Source: Octopus vulgaris
Lineage: Eukaryota
Length of the DNA: 64,000 nt
Reading direction: 5' to 3'
Assembly: GCA_951406725.2 (NCBI GenBank)
Contig: OX597819.1
Span: 57,226,001-57,290,000, forward strand
Position numbers and translations under genes: made by a program. Every line of letters begins with the position of its first letter. Position 1 is the first letter of the stretch. This document shows positions 52,926-64,000 of this stretch, in pieces. The notes beneath the pieces are model-generated. The model was not told the DNA's origin. It searched no databases and worked only from the letters and a program-made list of their open reading frames with translations.

Positions 52926-55900
52926 AAATGCGCATTTTCTAAACGAAATTAACATCAATGAACTTGTTCGACCTTGAGATAATCAAATCAATCAGACAAC
53001 AGTGGCTACAATAGTAAAACAAAAACATCTCTATGTAATCGGATTTTCTCGAACTATTAAGCTCATCTATTGGAGTAAAAATTCTTTCAATATTTACACA
53101 TCATACACGTTTCGAACTGTGATCGGAAAAGTTTTTTTTTTTACTAGTTGTGTATGTAGTTGCAGGCGGGGTGCAAATGATAGCTCGTTATTTCAGCCCC
53201 TTCACCATTAAAGTATATGCATACAAATTTCAGGGAAATTAATTCAAAAGTATAATTTTCACTGGTTTTGTTTTGCCGATACGGAACAAAGGCGCTTTTC
53301 CTCCCTTAGCAACTTAATACAATCGATATTCCAACGGTATGGTATTTAGGTACTTATGTACCTACATATATATTTTTACGTAAATATAGATCACTATACA
53401 TGTATATATCAATAAACTTTTGTTTGGGTATTTACCTCTCTTCCTACTTTGATAGAATTTATTCTAAATATGCCATTCGACCACTTTAACATTTCTCAAT
53501 GAAACAATATTTCATGTTAATCAAAACGGTTGTCAGTCTCACAGATGAAGTAATAAAAATAAAAACAAGCTATTCATTCTCTTCTGCCATTACCATTAAT
53601 TATCATATTTTTTGCTCAACATAATTTTATTTTGGCTCTTTACTCTGTTTTTTTCTCCTTGTGGTCCAACTCGGATATCGGATTTTTCTTCTTTTTGTGT
53701 TAATCTTCCGTAATTAATTGCTACCTGAACACACGAGTAGCAATTGAATAACCGCAACTGCTCTTGTCAATTTATACACCTCTAGTTCAGAGTTTATTGT
53801 CTTTATATGATATTTTTTACCATAATTAGCGTAACAAAACCTTTTATTATATGTTATATATCATTTTTATGTACACAGGCGCTCGAACCTACATGCACAC
53901 ACAGACATACGCTCATATAAGAACTTAAATATGAAACTAGTAAGAAAACTAATTAAAGGCATGGTTAGTAGTTAAGTGTCTGTTAACTATATACGAGGCA
54001 TAGAGCTTAGAAAAATTCCATTATCGGGTGCTTTTATTACTAATTATTTGTAATGTCTATGTTTCCATATTATCATGTTCTGCAAGAAGGGAAAAAACCA
54101 CAATATATTTGAATACTCTAAGACAAGTACGAAGTTAACATAACTGCGACCGTGTCTGTGTTTATATTTCCCGATGTAAACCGGTTTCGATCCGTTTTAC
54201 AAACAGATCGTGAAAATAATTACTGGACCGAAAACATGTTGACGGCATCACATCAGAACAGGGAAGCATTGAAAGAACAATACCATGTAGCTAAATTCAA
54301 CCGCTACTAAATTTAAACTGAATCTGGTCACATGGATATAGAAATTTAGATTAATCCACGTCAATTGGCTAACGTACTCTGCAAAACATAGACTTAAAGT
54401 GTAGGAGCCTATAATGATCGGGAAGAGATTGACCATTGTCCACTCAGAAAATGTTTATCAGAGCAAGCTGCTCTCAGAACGGGAAACGTGGTATACGCCA
54501 GCATAGTATTTGCATGGAGCTAAATATTTGGTTTCGCAACCACGCAATTTCGATATCAATCACACAACGCAGCGCCTTGTGTATTTATGCTTTGCATTAG
54601 ATTCCTATAAGTGGAGATACACACATATATATACACATATATATGTACATGCATATATATATATATATATCTCCATATATAAATATAAATTAACGATCTT
54701 ATCCTTATTTATATAAATTTTTAATTCATTTCATCATTGCATTTACTGCGTTGATGTTTATGCCATATCGCACGGGGAGTTACGAAGCAAGCAATTTAAA
54801 CTGGTCGTGTTGCATACATTCATACATTCATATATAATGTTGCATACATTCATATATACTTTCGTATATGTAAATATTCGTATGTTGTATGTATAAATAT
54901 GTGTATTTATGTTACTTTCTGAGTATATTCCACTGATGCGGCAAAGCATTTCTAACTGCACCATCACCAAACACGCTATCAAATTCTATGTTCGATTCTC
55001 CTCCAAGAATGTTCGCCCCTTAAAGTGCTATTCATGCACAGGTTCCTCTTCTTGTTGGAGGGAAGCGAAAGCTAAATCACAGTTCCTAAGTCCAGATTAC
55101 CAAAGACTTTGTATGAAGTAAGTGAAGCTGGGCAATAATTAACTTGTGTAGTACACTTCTTTCCGTGCGGCATTAACGAATTTACTATTGATCAACTTCT
55201 CACAATTATTGAGCTGGATTTGAGCAACCAGTTGACCTACCCCGTGGTATATATATTTTCTACTATGTGGAATGTTTCATTAATTGCCTTCGTCCCCAAA
55301 GGATACGCAGTTTGTTGCAATGGATAGATAGACTGAACACTCAACTCGGACGTCCATGTCAACGCACTGGAAAATATTTCGTATCATTCACAAAACAACA
55401 GACGTGATTTTTTTAAGAGAGAACTATCATCTCGCGCTGTTTACCTAATACAAAGAAAACTTTAGATAAGTCTTTCATCTCATAACAATGCATAAACGTT
55501 ATAACTTGTTAGATTTTGCAGTAAAAAAGTAAGTATAGTCTCCGAAGAGAAAAGTTATTTTGCATTGTCTTTCAAAGAATATTAAAAATTTTTTGAGAAT
55601 CTGCTTTGAGAGAGAAAATAACCACTATTCTGGAAAATATAGAAATATTTTCTCCTGACATTATAAGATATACTACTTTTCTGACTTATGCTGAATTATT
55701 TCATGCTCGTTTAGTGCGTTGCTAATATTTTCGATTCGCTGAATAAAGCATTTCCTGTCATCGCAAGTCTTCTTACATTGTATATTGTTTCTTAAGTGCG
55801 CACTCGTAGTGAATTTCTCCAAGGTAGGGGACTGTGAGAAAAATGGTGAAAGTGAAGAAACTCAATCTACGCGTACGACTGTATTTTGGAAAACAACAAA

Positions 55901-56054
55901 TGGCAGGATGGCATCGATGTATAAATCATATCGCAGTTCAATCATCGTGGTTTATTATTTAAGCTTACGTCTATTCCTCTGTGGTGTTCTTTGAATTTAT
56001 AATAAAGTAAATATATATAAATTATGAAGATAAAAAATTAAAATATACAGTACA

Positions 56055-56134
56055 GTACTATTTCTACTTCGCGGACTTTCACTTATCTCGGAGGTTTTTG
56101 GAACATAACGCCAGCAATAGTCGAGGGATTATTG
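56055..56134. mobile_element. Single pogo/Tigger-like transposon end
   Basis: cgcggactttcacttatc.cgg..gtttttggaacataac..cagcaatagtcgagggattattg then TA; resemblance from recall; no partner end found. Confidence 0.45.
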
Positions 56135-58256
56135 TACACTGTCTAATTTTTACCCCTATTTTCTTTTTCTTTCCGTCATCTTTATATAAACCCTCACATA
56201 AACTGTAATCATTGCTTGTAACGTGCCTATCCCCGAGCGCCCTTGAAGCAAACACCAGAAAACATTGTTATTCATCCAAAATTGACCTTTTGCTAAGACA
56301 AAATATCCCAAGATTCATGACAAAGACAAATCAAAATTTAATGCACAGTAAGATATCAGAATAGACCTTACATATTTCGGCTATAATTATTTCTGTTAGT
56401 GAAAAGATGCCACTCTTTAAATCTATTCTCTTTTTTTTTTTCAAACACCGATTATATCAATTTCATAAAACTTCAGCTAGTTCCTAGGTGTGAGTAGTAC
56501 TGTACAATCGGCTCAAACGTAAGTTACATCTACACAATGAGGTGGATTGGAGCTCCTCTATAATCATTTCTACATTATTAACCACAATATTGTCCTGGGG
56601 AAAGTATAAAAGTCACTCAACTTAACGTTCCTACCATTATATTTTCTTGTCACCCATTAAACATTTACATGTATATAAAAAAAGAATTATTAATTATCTA
56701 AGTCGGGGTAACAAAGTGTTCTTTTCTGAATGCATAAAACAATGTCCTGTGCAAAATCTCTATTGAGCACTGAAATCATCTTTAATATCTTACTATAATT
56801 TTTGAAGGGCAGAAGAAAAAAATCTACTGCCATGTTTGAATGACTGTAGATTATTAACTCAGTAGAGGTTAATAATCTACTGAGTCAATCCTCACTTCCA
56901 TTATACATGCTAAAAATTCTCATTGCTGTAGAACACAACTGCAACAACAGACAGCAGCGCGATTTGATCTCACAATTGTGAAGTATCGATCTAGATATAC
57001 AAATCTAAATAGAATAGCTTTCTAGACAATTTCGATAATTTTCAGCACGTTCTATATGATAAGTATTGGATTTTCTTTCGGAAAATTTGAGGTCATTTTA
57101 TGTTGAGGTATGCCTTCTCAGTGGATAGATGGAGGTACATGACTGCAAGGAAAGGATACATGAACAAAGCACGTACACATACAGATCTAGAAACTTATTT
57201 CGCAACGATGTAGCTACTGGTACGATCTTACTTCATAACACTTTGGGAAATATCTCTTACTGTACACATGCCAAGATTAATGCCTTATGAATAGCATTAT
57301 CAAGTTGACAATTTAAGGAAACCGATGCAATATATTTAATATATGAGTAGCCGCGTGTTTATTTGTGTATGAGTGCATAAGAACAATATTCGGTGTCTTT
57401 ATTGTGTTAAACTGCGTCACTTCATGCCAAAATGCGATTTATCCATACCAAGAATAGATATCGATAAAATTATTACCTGCCGTAAATAAGTATTGGGAAA
57501 TACATGACCGACTTAGAATATGCTTCATGACGATGTTGATGCATGGACGCAAATCAAAGAATAAAACTGCAAAGAATGAAATATTTTCGAACATACAAAG
57601 TAAAAAGTATTTTCGGGGAGTTTGATATCAAAATAAGAAAACGAAATATTGGTACACATTTCATTTATCTTTCAATAATTTTTCACATGCAACCATATGT
57701 GTCTATCAATCTAAATGATTCTTTGTAAGACATTTTTTTTGCATTTCTTGACTATTTATTATTTATATAAGAAATTTTAAAATATTAGATGAAAGACAAA
57801 TAAATACTATATTTAGATTTATTCCATAAGTACATGTAATCAACTATTGCATGTGGTAGACAATTATATGAATATTGTTTATGGCAGACTGAATCTTACA
57901 TCCATGCCTCTTCACTTTCTAAAGATTTATGAATATATATATATAGGTATACACATAGAAATATAGACTCTTACACACAAACACACACACACACACACGC
58001 ACACGCACACGCACACACACGCCCACGCACATTGATAGATAAATATAGATATAGATACATACACGCATACATACACACACATACCTACATACATATATGC
58101 GTATATAAATATTTGAGTACGAGAATAAAGGATATTTGTTAACTAGTCGTTCAACTCCATTATTTCATATACTTATAATTTTAAAATATATACGTATATA
58201 TATGTGTGTGTGTGTGCGTGTGTGTGTGTGTGTGCGTGTGTGTGTGTGTGTATTTA

Positions 58257-59197
58257 TGAGGATTGGTTGAAAGTTCATAGCCTGACCAAGATTCTCCTAT
58301 GGGATGTAACCAACAGTCTCCCTTACAACATAGTCTCCCTAGCGGTCCACGCACTCTTTGCATCACTGCTGCGGGGCTTGGCTCCCATTGGTGAAGAGGT
58401 TTTTTAACCTGTTGCTCAAAAAACATCTTCAATAGTAGACATGACGTTATCAGCAATACAATACTGGTTCGCAGCCGGTTATTTTATCACGCAGGGAATA
58501 GATGATGGCTAGATGTGGCCAAATCAAGAGAAGAGGAAGAGCAATCAACCAGTTCAATGTCGCAGTCCCGCATATCCTCCGTTGAGACCAAGGAATTGTG
58601 TAGTGAACCATTATCCTGATAAAACAAGTCATATTTCTTAGACGTTTAGTTTTTTGTAAATGCCACAGCAAGTTGGCATAGTGTTCTCCATTGTTGGTGT
58701 GGATCTTTTGAAGATAGTCAATAGACACTACGTTTTGCGCCCCAAATCACTGAGGCCATCACCTTCCTTGTAGCGGAAACGACTCTGGTATCTTGTCATC
58801 CATCACCATACGTTGAACACAGTGACTGTAGTGGCAGTTGCAGGAGTCTAGAACATGAATCATCTTCAAGCGTTTCCCTGCCCCTCTTAAATTTACCTCC
58901 TCACTTTTGCACTGAAGACAAACTTGGAGTGTCATCTCCTAATCTAGTAACCATGTCTGCATCAATATCTTTGGATGTTAAAAGCATTTTCCTACAGATT
59001 CTTGATAACATCACAATGGCAAATTTTCGTCATTTTAAAGAGAAATTCTTAGCAGTTACACTTGATTCTTTTTTTCAACAGTCGCATGTCAGTTTACCTG
59101 GAGAGAGACAATGAGGTTATTAATAATTCATGAAATATTTCATAGCTCTAGCATCACTTCTTCATAATCAGACTAAGGACTTTCCGGCCCAGCCTCG
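58257..59197 (-). mobile_element. Internally deleted, decayed mariner with both TIRs
   Basis: Degenerate TIRs tgaggattggttgaaagttcatagcctga and cgaggctgggccggaaagtccttagtctga. Minus-strand remnants: DIDADMVTRLGDD.PS, FKRGRETLEDD, KVMASVIW, IDYLQK..NGEHYANLL and an FYQDN-like motif. Confidence 0.8.
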
Positions 59198-59238
59198 TGT
59201 ATACATACATATGTACATATATATATATATATAGATAG

Positions 59239-59320
<82 letters not shown>

Positions 59321-59336
59321 TATATATATATGTATG

Positions 59337-59368
<32 letters not shown>

Positions 59369-59370
59369 CG

Positions 59371-59454
<84 letters not shown>

Positions 59455-59456
<2 letters not shown>

Positions 59457-59590
59457 TGAAAATTACAGAAAATAAAGGACAAAGATAGGTGAGGGAAGAA
59501 TGGAAAACTCTTTAACGTTTCGAGCCTACGCCCTTCGACAAGGGATGAGAGGATAAAATAGAGAGAGAAAATATGTTCGGAGTAACGGTT
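59455..59590 (-). repeat. Second copy of the hammerhead-like dispersed repeat
   Basis: Minus strand ccct-tgtcga-agggc-gtag-gctc-gaaa-cgtt-aaag. Confidence 0.55.
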
Positions 59591-59869
59591 TCACACAGAC
59601 ACACATGTATATAAATACACATCTATATATACAGAGGTAGAGAACTTAGTAAAACAAGAACCACTGACAAACCACTTTTTCACGAAGAAAGCAATGTTTT
59701 CCTTTCGCCATCTGAACTTATACAATAAAGAAATGATAAAATATGTTTTTGTGATTGTAACTAAGCTGTATTTTACTTACTTTTTCACAAATTAATCTTA
59801 CATTTATTTCATCTTACATTTATATCTGAATTACTTGCAAATCGAACTATAAGTGTTATAATAAATATT

Positions 59870-60570
59870 ATGGCACGGAAATAATTTTCCTCCTAAAGAG
59901 ATTAAAATGCAACTTAATCGGTTTGAGGCAGTACTTTACGATGAGCCAGAGGAACTCAAAACTTTTCAAGTACAATTTGAAATTGTGTCGCAAATTCAGA
60001 TTCAGATATTTTAGCGTTGGGAGGGATATTCTCAAAGGAATTTATATAAAACAAGGAATGCAGTTGTAATACTTTCAGTACGATTTGGACCTGCACTGCT
60101 GTTTCAGTTAACTAGGTTTTGACTCTGGAGGTGATACTGCAACAAGAAATGAATACAAGGATGAAATGGAGTCAGCATTTTTGAAATACGATTTGAAAAT
60201 ATGCTGCTATTTTAACTTGCAAGGGATTTAAAGATCATGCTTCTCTAAACGAATCTTAAATAACTTCACCTGAGTTATAAGGTTTCTTTAAATATCAAGA
60301 CAAAGTTTATAATCAGAAGAAATGCTAGAAATGTTGGATTATTTTTGTCTTAGACAGCACAGTTTCACTTGGCAACAAACCAAAATAAGAAAGATTTAAA
60401 GATGAGTAATTAAATTTAATCGGTCTTTGTCGGATATTTAAAGAGATATCGAGGAGCAATCGGAAAACAAAAGGTCAAAGTTTGTTTTTAAATAAAAGAT
60501 ATTACCCAGAATTGACATTTCTGTTCGAGATGAAAGATTTATTAAATGCCATGAAAGAGATTCAGTAAGA
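59870..60570 (+). pseudogene. Possible decayed coding segment, weakly resembling the ASK/MAP3K5-15 N-terminal region
   Basis: Peptides joined by hand across frameshifts: FRYFSVGRDILK/NLYKTRNAVVILSVRFGPALLFQL, ERFKDE and DLLNAMKEIQ. By-eye resemblance only. Confidence 0.2.
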
Positions 60571-61267
60571 CAGGAATCGGTTTATACGGTGAAGATTTAA
60601 CGTTAAATTGCATCAGACAATTTTTATTGGATTTGTGTATTTTTGTTAGTATCACTCGTATACTTTGGCATCATACCAGCAAATTCTATTGAAAGACTGA
60701 TCACTTCATTAATGCTTGCAATTTATCTCTTGGTGGAACATATAAAATGTAATTACGTATTTTATTTGTGCCATTTTAATCAAGTAGTATTTGCCAGATG
60801 GAAGAGTTTAATTAAATATATTGCGCCATCATATATTCCTCAATGTCGCTAACTTCTTTTAGTTTCCATGTATAAATGTAGGATCATTAATCGTATTTAT
60901 CGCTTCTTTTATCTTATTGTTATGTCTTAAACCAGTTCAGTGTCTGCTTATTGCAAGTGCAATACAAAAGCATTGTAGGTCAATTAATGTGTGTCTAGTG
61001 GATAAAATGTTCTTTGAATTTGAACTTTCTTACGCCCCCTGTCACTATTATTGATGAAAACTATCTTCGGATTAAATCATCTGCTAGGATGACTCAGCTT
61101 CAAACTTTATATTATACCAATTTCGAATAGTGTGTAGTAAATATCCTATCATGAGATAAGGGAATCATCAATAAATAGAGAAGACCGACAAGGAGTTTGT
61201 TGTCAACAAATAATCGAAGCAGAGATGTGTGAGTTAAAATGAATGAAGTTGTGAAAGAAGTCGGGTG

Positions 61268-61385
61268 AAGTGGTTAGGAAGCTTGCTTTACAATAACAAG
61301 GTCGTAAGTTCGGTCACACTGCATGGAAACTTTAACAAACATTTGTTATCTTAGCTTCGGGTTGGCCCACGCATTGTGAGTAAAA
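61268..61385 (+). mobile_element. Highly degenerate OK-like SINE head
   Basis: gtggttaggaagcttgctt...gttcggtcacactgcatgg...cttcgggttggcc..gcattgtgagt. Confidence 0.55.
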
Positions 61386-61437
61386 ATGAGTAAAAAGATG
61401 ACTGGATTGTAAGTGTAACTCCAATGTTCAGCAACAT

Positions 61438-61516
<79 letters not shown>

Positions 61517-63074
61517 GAGTGTGTGTGTGTGCGTGTGTACAATTGTGAATAAATCACAATTATAACGGAGAGGGTTGCAAAAGCCTTTAAATGTCTAGAA
61601 ATAGCAGTCAATACCGCTATAAATCTACTATAACTATTTATAATATATCTCTTCACAATAAAGCTGTCGGCGGGCTTCATGGTATGAAATTCAAAACTTA
61701 AATAGATGGTTAGTTCTATATTGCAATTTCGAAGTCAGGAACCAAAACGGCTCCACTCTTCTCTGTATGTAGTCTTTAACAGTAAAATTCGAAGCAGATA
61801 AAAAAAAATAATAATGTGTAAATATTGAGGTAAAAAGTTCTTGGGCGGAAAAGATCGATAGCTGTGTGTGCATATATATTAGCTTACACACATCCCTGCT
61901 CACTTACATACATACACACCCAAACACATGATAAAATGTACATTGCCCAGTTATAAAGAAATGATGTACTTCTCTGTGAACCTTGTGTCATATACGCTAT
62001 CAAAAGGCATGATGTCTTTTTGATGAATATTATATGTGCCTGTGATCTTGATTTTTCTTAGAAGTAATGTGCAATGGTGCACATTGATCAATTTGTTTTC
62101 GTGGAAACTTCCAATACACACACAAAACTTACATTTCACTTAGTTTTTCATACAGATCTGTGTATTATATTATTCGTCACAGGCGTTTGTCTTTAATTAT
62201 TTTTGGAGCAAATTTAATCTTACAAGAAAGCTGAATAAGATCTTTGGAGAGTTTGTAGCAAGCTTTCAAAAAGCAACGTCTATGGTCTATTTTTTTATGA
62301 CTTGATTAAGTATTTTTTCATATCACTTCCCTGTCCAACGCCCGTGGTGACTGTATGAGCGTTGCAGGAATTATTAAAACATATCTTAAAACATTTAAGA
62401 TATTTATTTTAATGTGGAAGGAATGTAAGAAATGTTCTACTGTATTCTCTACTACGACATTACGATATAATTTACTTAAACAGTTGTTGTAAGTATAAAA
62501 ATATATATTTATGTATCCGTCAGAGGTATTAGATGCAATATGGAAATGAAATAACCATCTATATGAACTATTTCATGTAAACACGTTGCTGGAAGAAAAT
62601 TTGCTCTATTAATCGTCCGGAGAACATATCTCTTTTATACACATTGTGTACATTCAAAACACAACATATATCGGACGGGCGGGGGCAGAAATCGTCTGGA
62701 CAACAGCTAATGCCTTTTAGCCTCATTTCGCTAGGTCACTGGTGTATAATCACATGGTTAAACATAGTTTTATACCATTCGGTGTGTAAGAATTAGTGAA
62801 TAAGTATTGAATGGTATTGGGTGCAGCCGCCCAGCTGAATAAAAAATCCATTATTTGCACTAGAAGCAGCATTAAATAAAAACAGCCTCTTATGTACTAT
62901 TCTCATTGCGAATACGTCATTGAAAATCACATCCGTGGGAATCGAAAACATGATATATCGATCGTGGGTGCAACACACCCAGTCACTGCGCCACGCGTCT
63001 CTCTCTCTCTCTGTTTTCCTATCTCTCTCTCTCTCTTACTCTGTATGTGTGTGTATATAGATGATGAAGAGGGG

Positions 63075-63141
63075 GAAGAAGAAGAAGAAGAAGAAGAAGA
63101 AGAAGAAGAAGAAGAAGAAGAAGAAGAAGAAGAAGAAGAAG
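63075..63141. repeat. (GAA)n microsatellite
   Basis: Directly visible. Confidence 0.95.
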
Positions 63142-63276
63142 AGGAGGGAGAATATGAATGAATGGAAGTAGTGAGGTGTTGTATGACTTAAAGTTGGCAC
63201 GTTGTGGGTTATAGCTGTGATTGGGGCTGATTTGTAATGGATTCTTAGGAATGTAATATTTGCATGTGGATTTGTG

Positions 63277-63745
63277 TTATTCTAAAGCCGAGGTGTATAT
63301 TTCGTTTGTCATAGACCCGTTCAGAAGAGGTTTATATTTTGTTGTAAAGAGAGTTTCTTTACTTATTCGTTGGTTCGAGGTTGTATCGTCCCTGAATTGG
63401 TAGAGGGGGAAAATCCTGAAGTTTGGTGTTTTGTTGTTGGCGCAAGTATCTATGTGTTGGCTGAATGTTATTTTTCTGTTTTGGAGAAGTTTTATCTGGG
63501 ATCTGTGTAGGGCCATTTTTTTACGCAAACTATTTTTTGTTTGGCCTATGTACTGCTCTTGACACCCAGAGTAGGTTAGTGTGTATATCAGGTTCTCCGA
63601 AGCACATGTGAAGTTGCTTTTCACTGTAAACCGTTGTCCCTGTTTGAAGGAAAACTCTGATCCCTCAATTAGATAATCGCATATTCACATTTTTTACTGT
63701 CGGCTTCTGTGTTGAAGAGAGTATTCGGGCTTGTGTATTCCGGCT
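63277..63745 (-). mobile_element. Penelope-like element fragment encoding a GIY-YIG endonuclease
   Basis: ICDYLIEG..FTCASENLIYTLTYSGCQEQYIGQTKNSLRKKMALHR..FSQH..SKE..YKPLLN, with LIY/YIG and conserved R, H, E and N. The RT is absent. Confidence 0.85.
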
Positions 63746-63750
63746 ATATT

Positions 63751-63812
<62 letters not shown>

Positions 63813-64000
63813 TGTGTGTGTGTGTATGTATGTATATATATGTATGTCTGTATGTATATATGTATGTATGGATGGATGTATGTATATATGTGTGTACAAG
63901 GATAAAATCTAGAGATTCGAGTGTAGGAAATTTGTAAACTACACGCCGTTCGCAGCAGGTAGAAGAAAAAGAGAACAAAAAGTGGACAGGCTACCATAAG

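Overview
AT-rich, microsatellite-dense animal genomic DNA with no intact host protein-coding gene that I can support; most ORFs in the track are microsatellite or antisense artefacts. The SINEs resemble, from recall, the octopus OK and OR families, so a cephalopod origin is likely (inference). The dominant feature is five copies of R4/Dong-clade non-LTR retrotransposons (RT plus restriction-like endonuclease), all abutting trinucleotide microsatellites. One (10673-14660) is intact apart from a single missing G at about 12335; the other four form two head-to-tail trains (23.6-28.1 kb on +, 43.6-47.2 kb on -). Also present: two decayed mariners, a decayed autonomous Helitron fused to one of them, non-autonomous Helitrons/Helentrons, a TA-flanked MITE, CR1 and RTE LINE 3' ends, two Penelope-like GIY-YIG remnants and hammerhead-ribozyme-like motifs (best at 40264-40311). 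About 8 kb (28.9-36.8 kb) is an unexplained strand-biased A-rich region that may be a decayed repetitive gene or array. I found no clearly new biological system. All family assignments were made by eye, without database searches.
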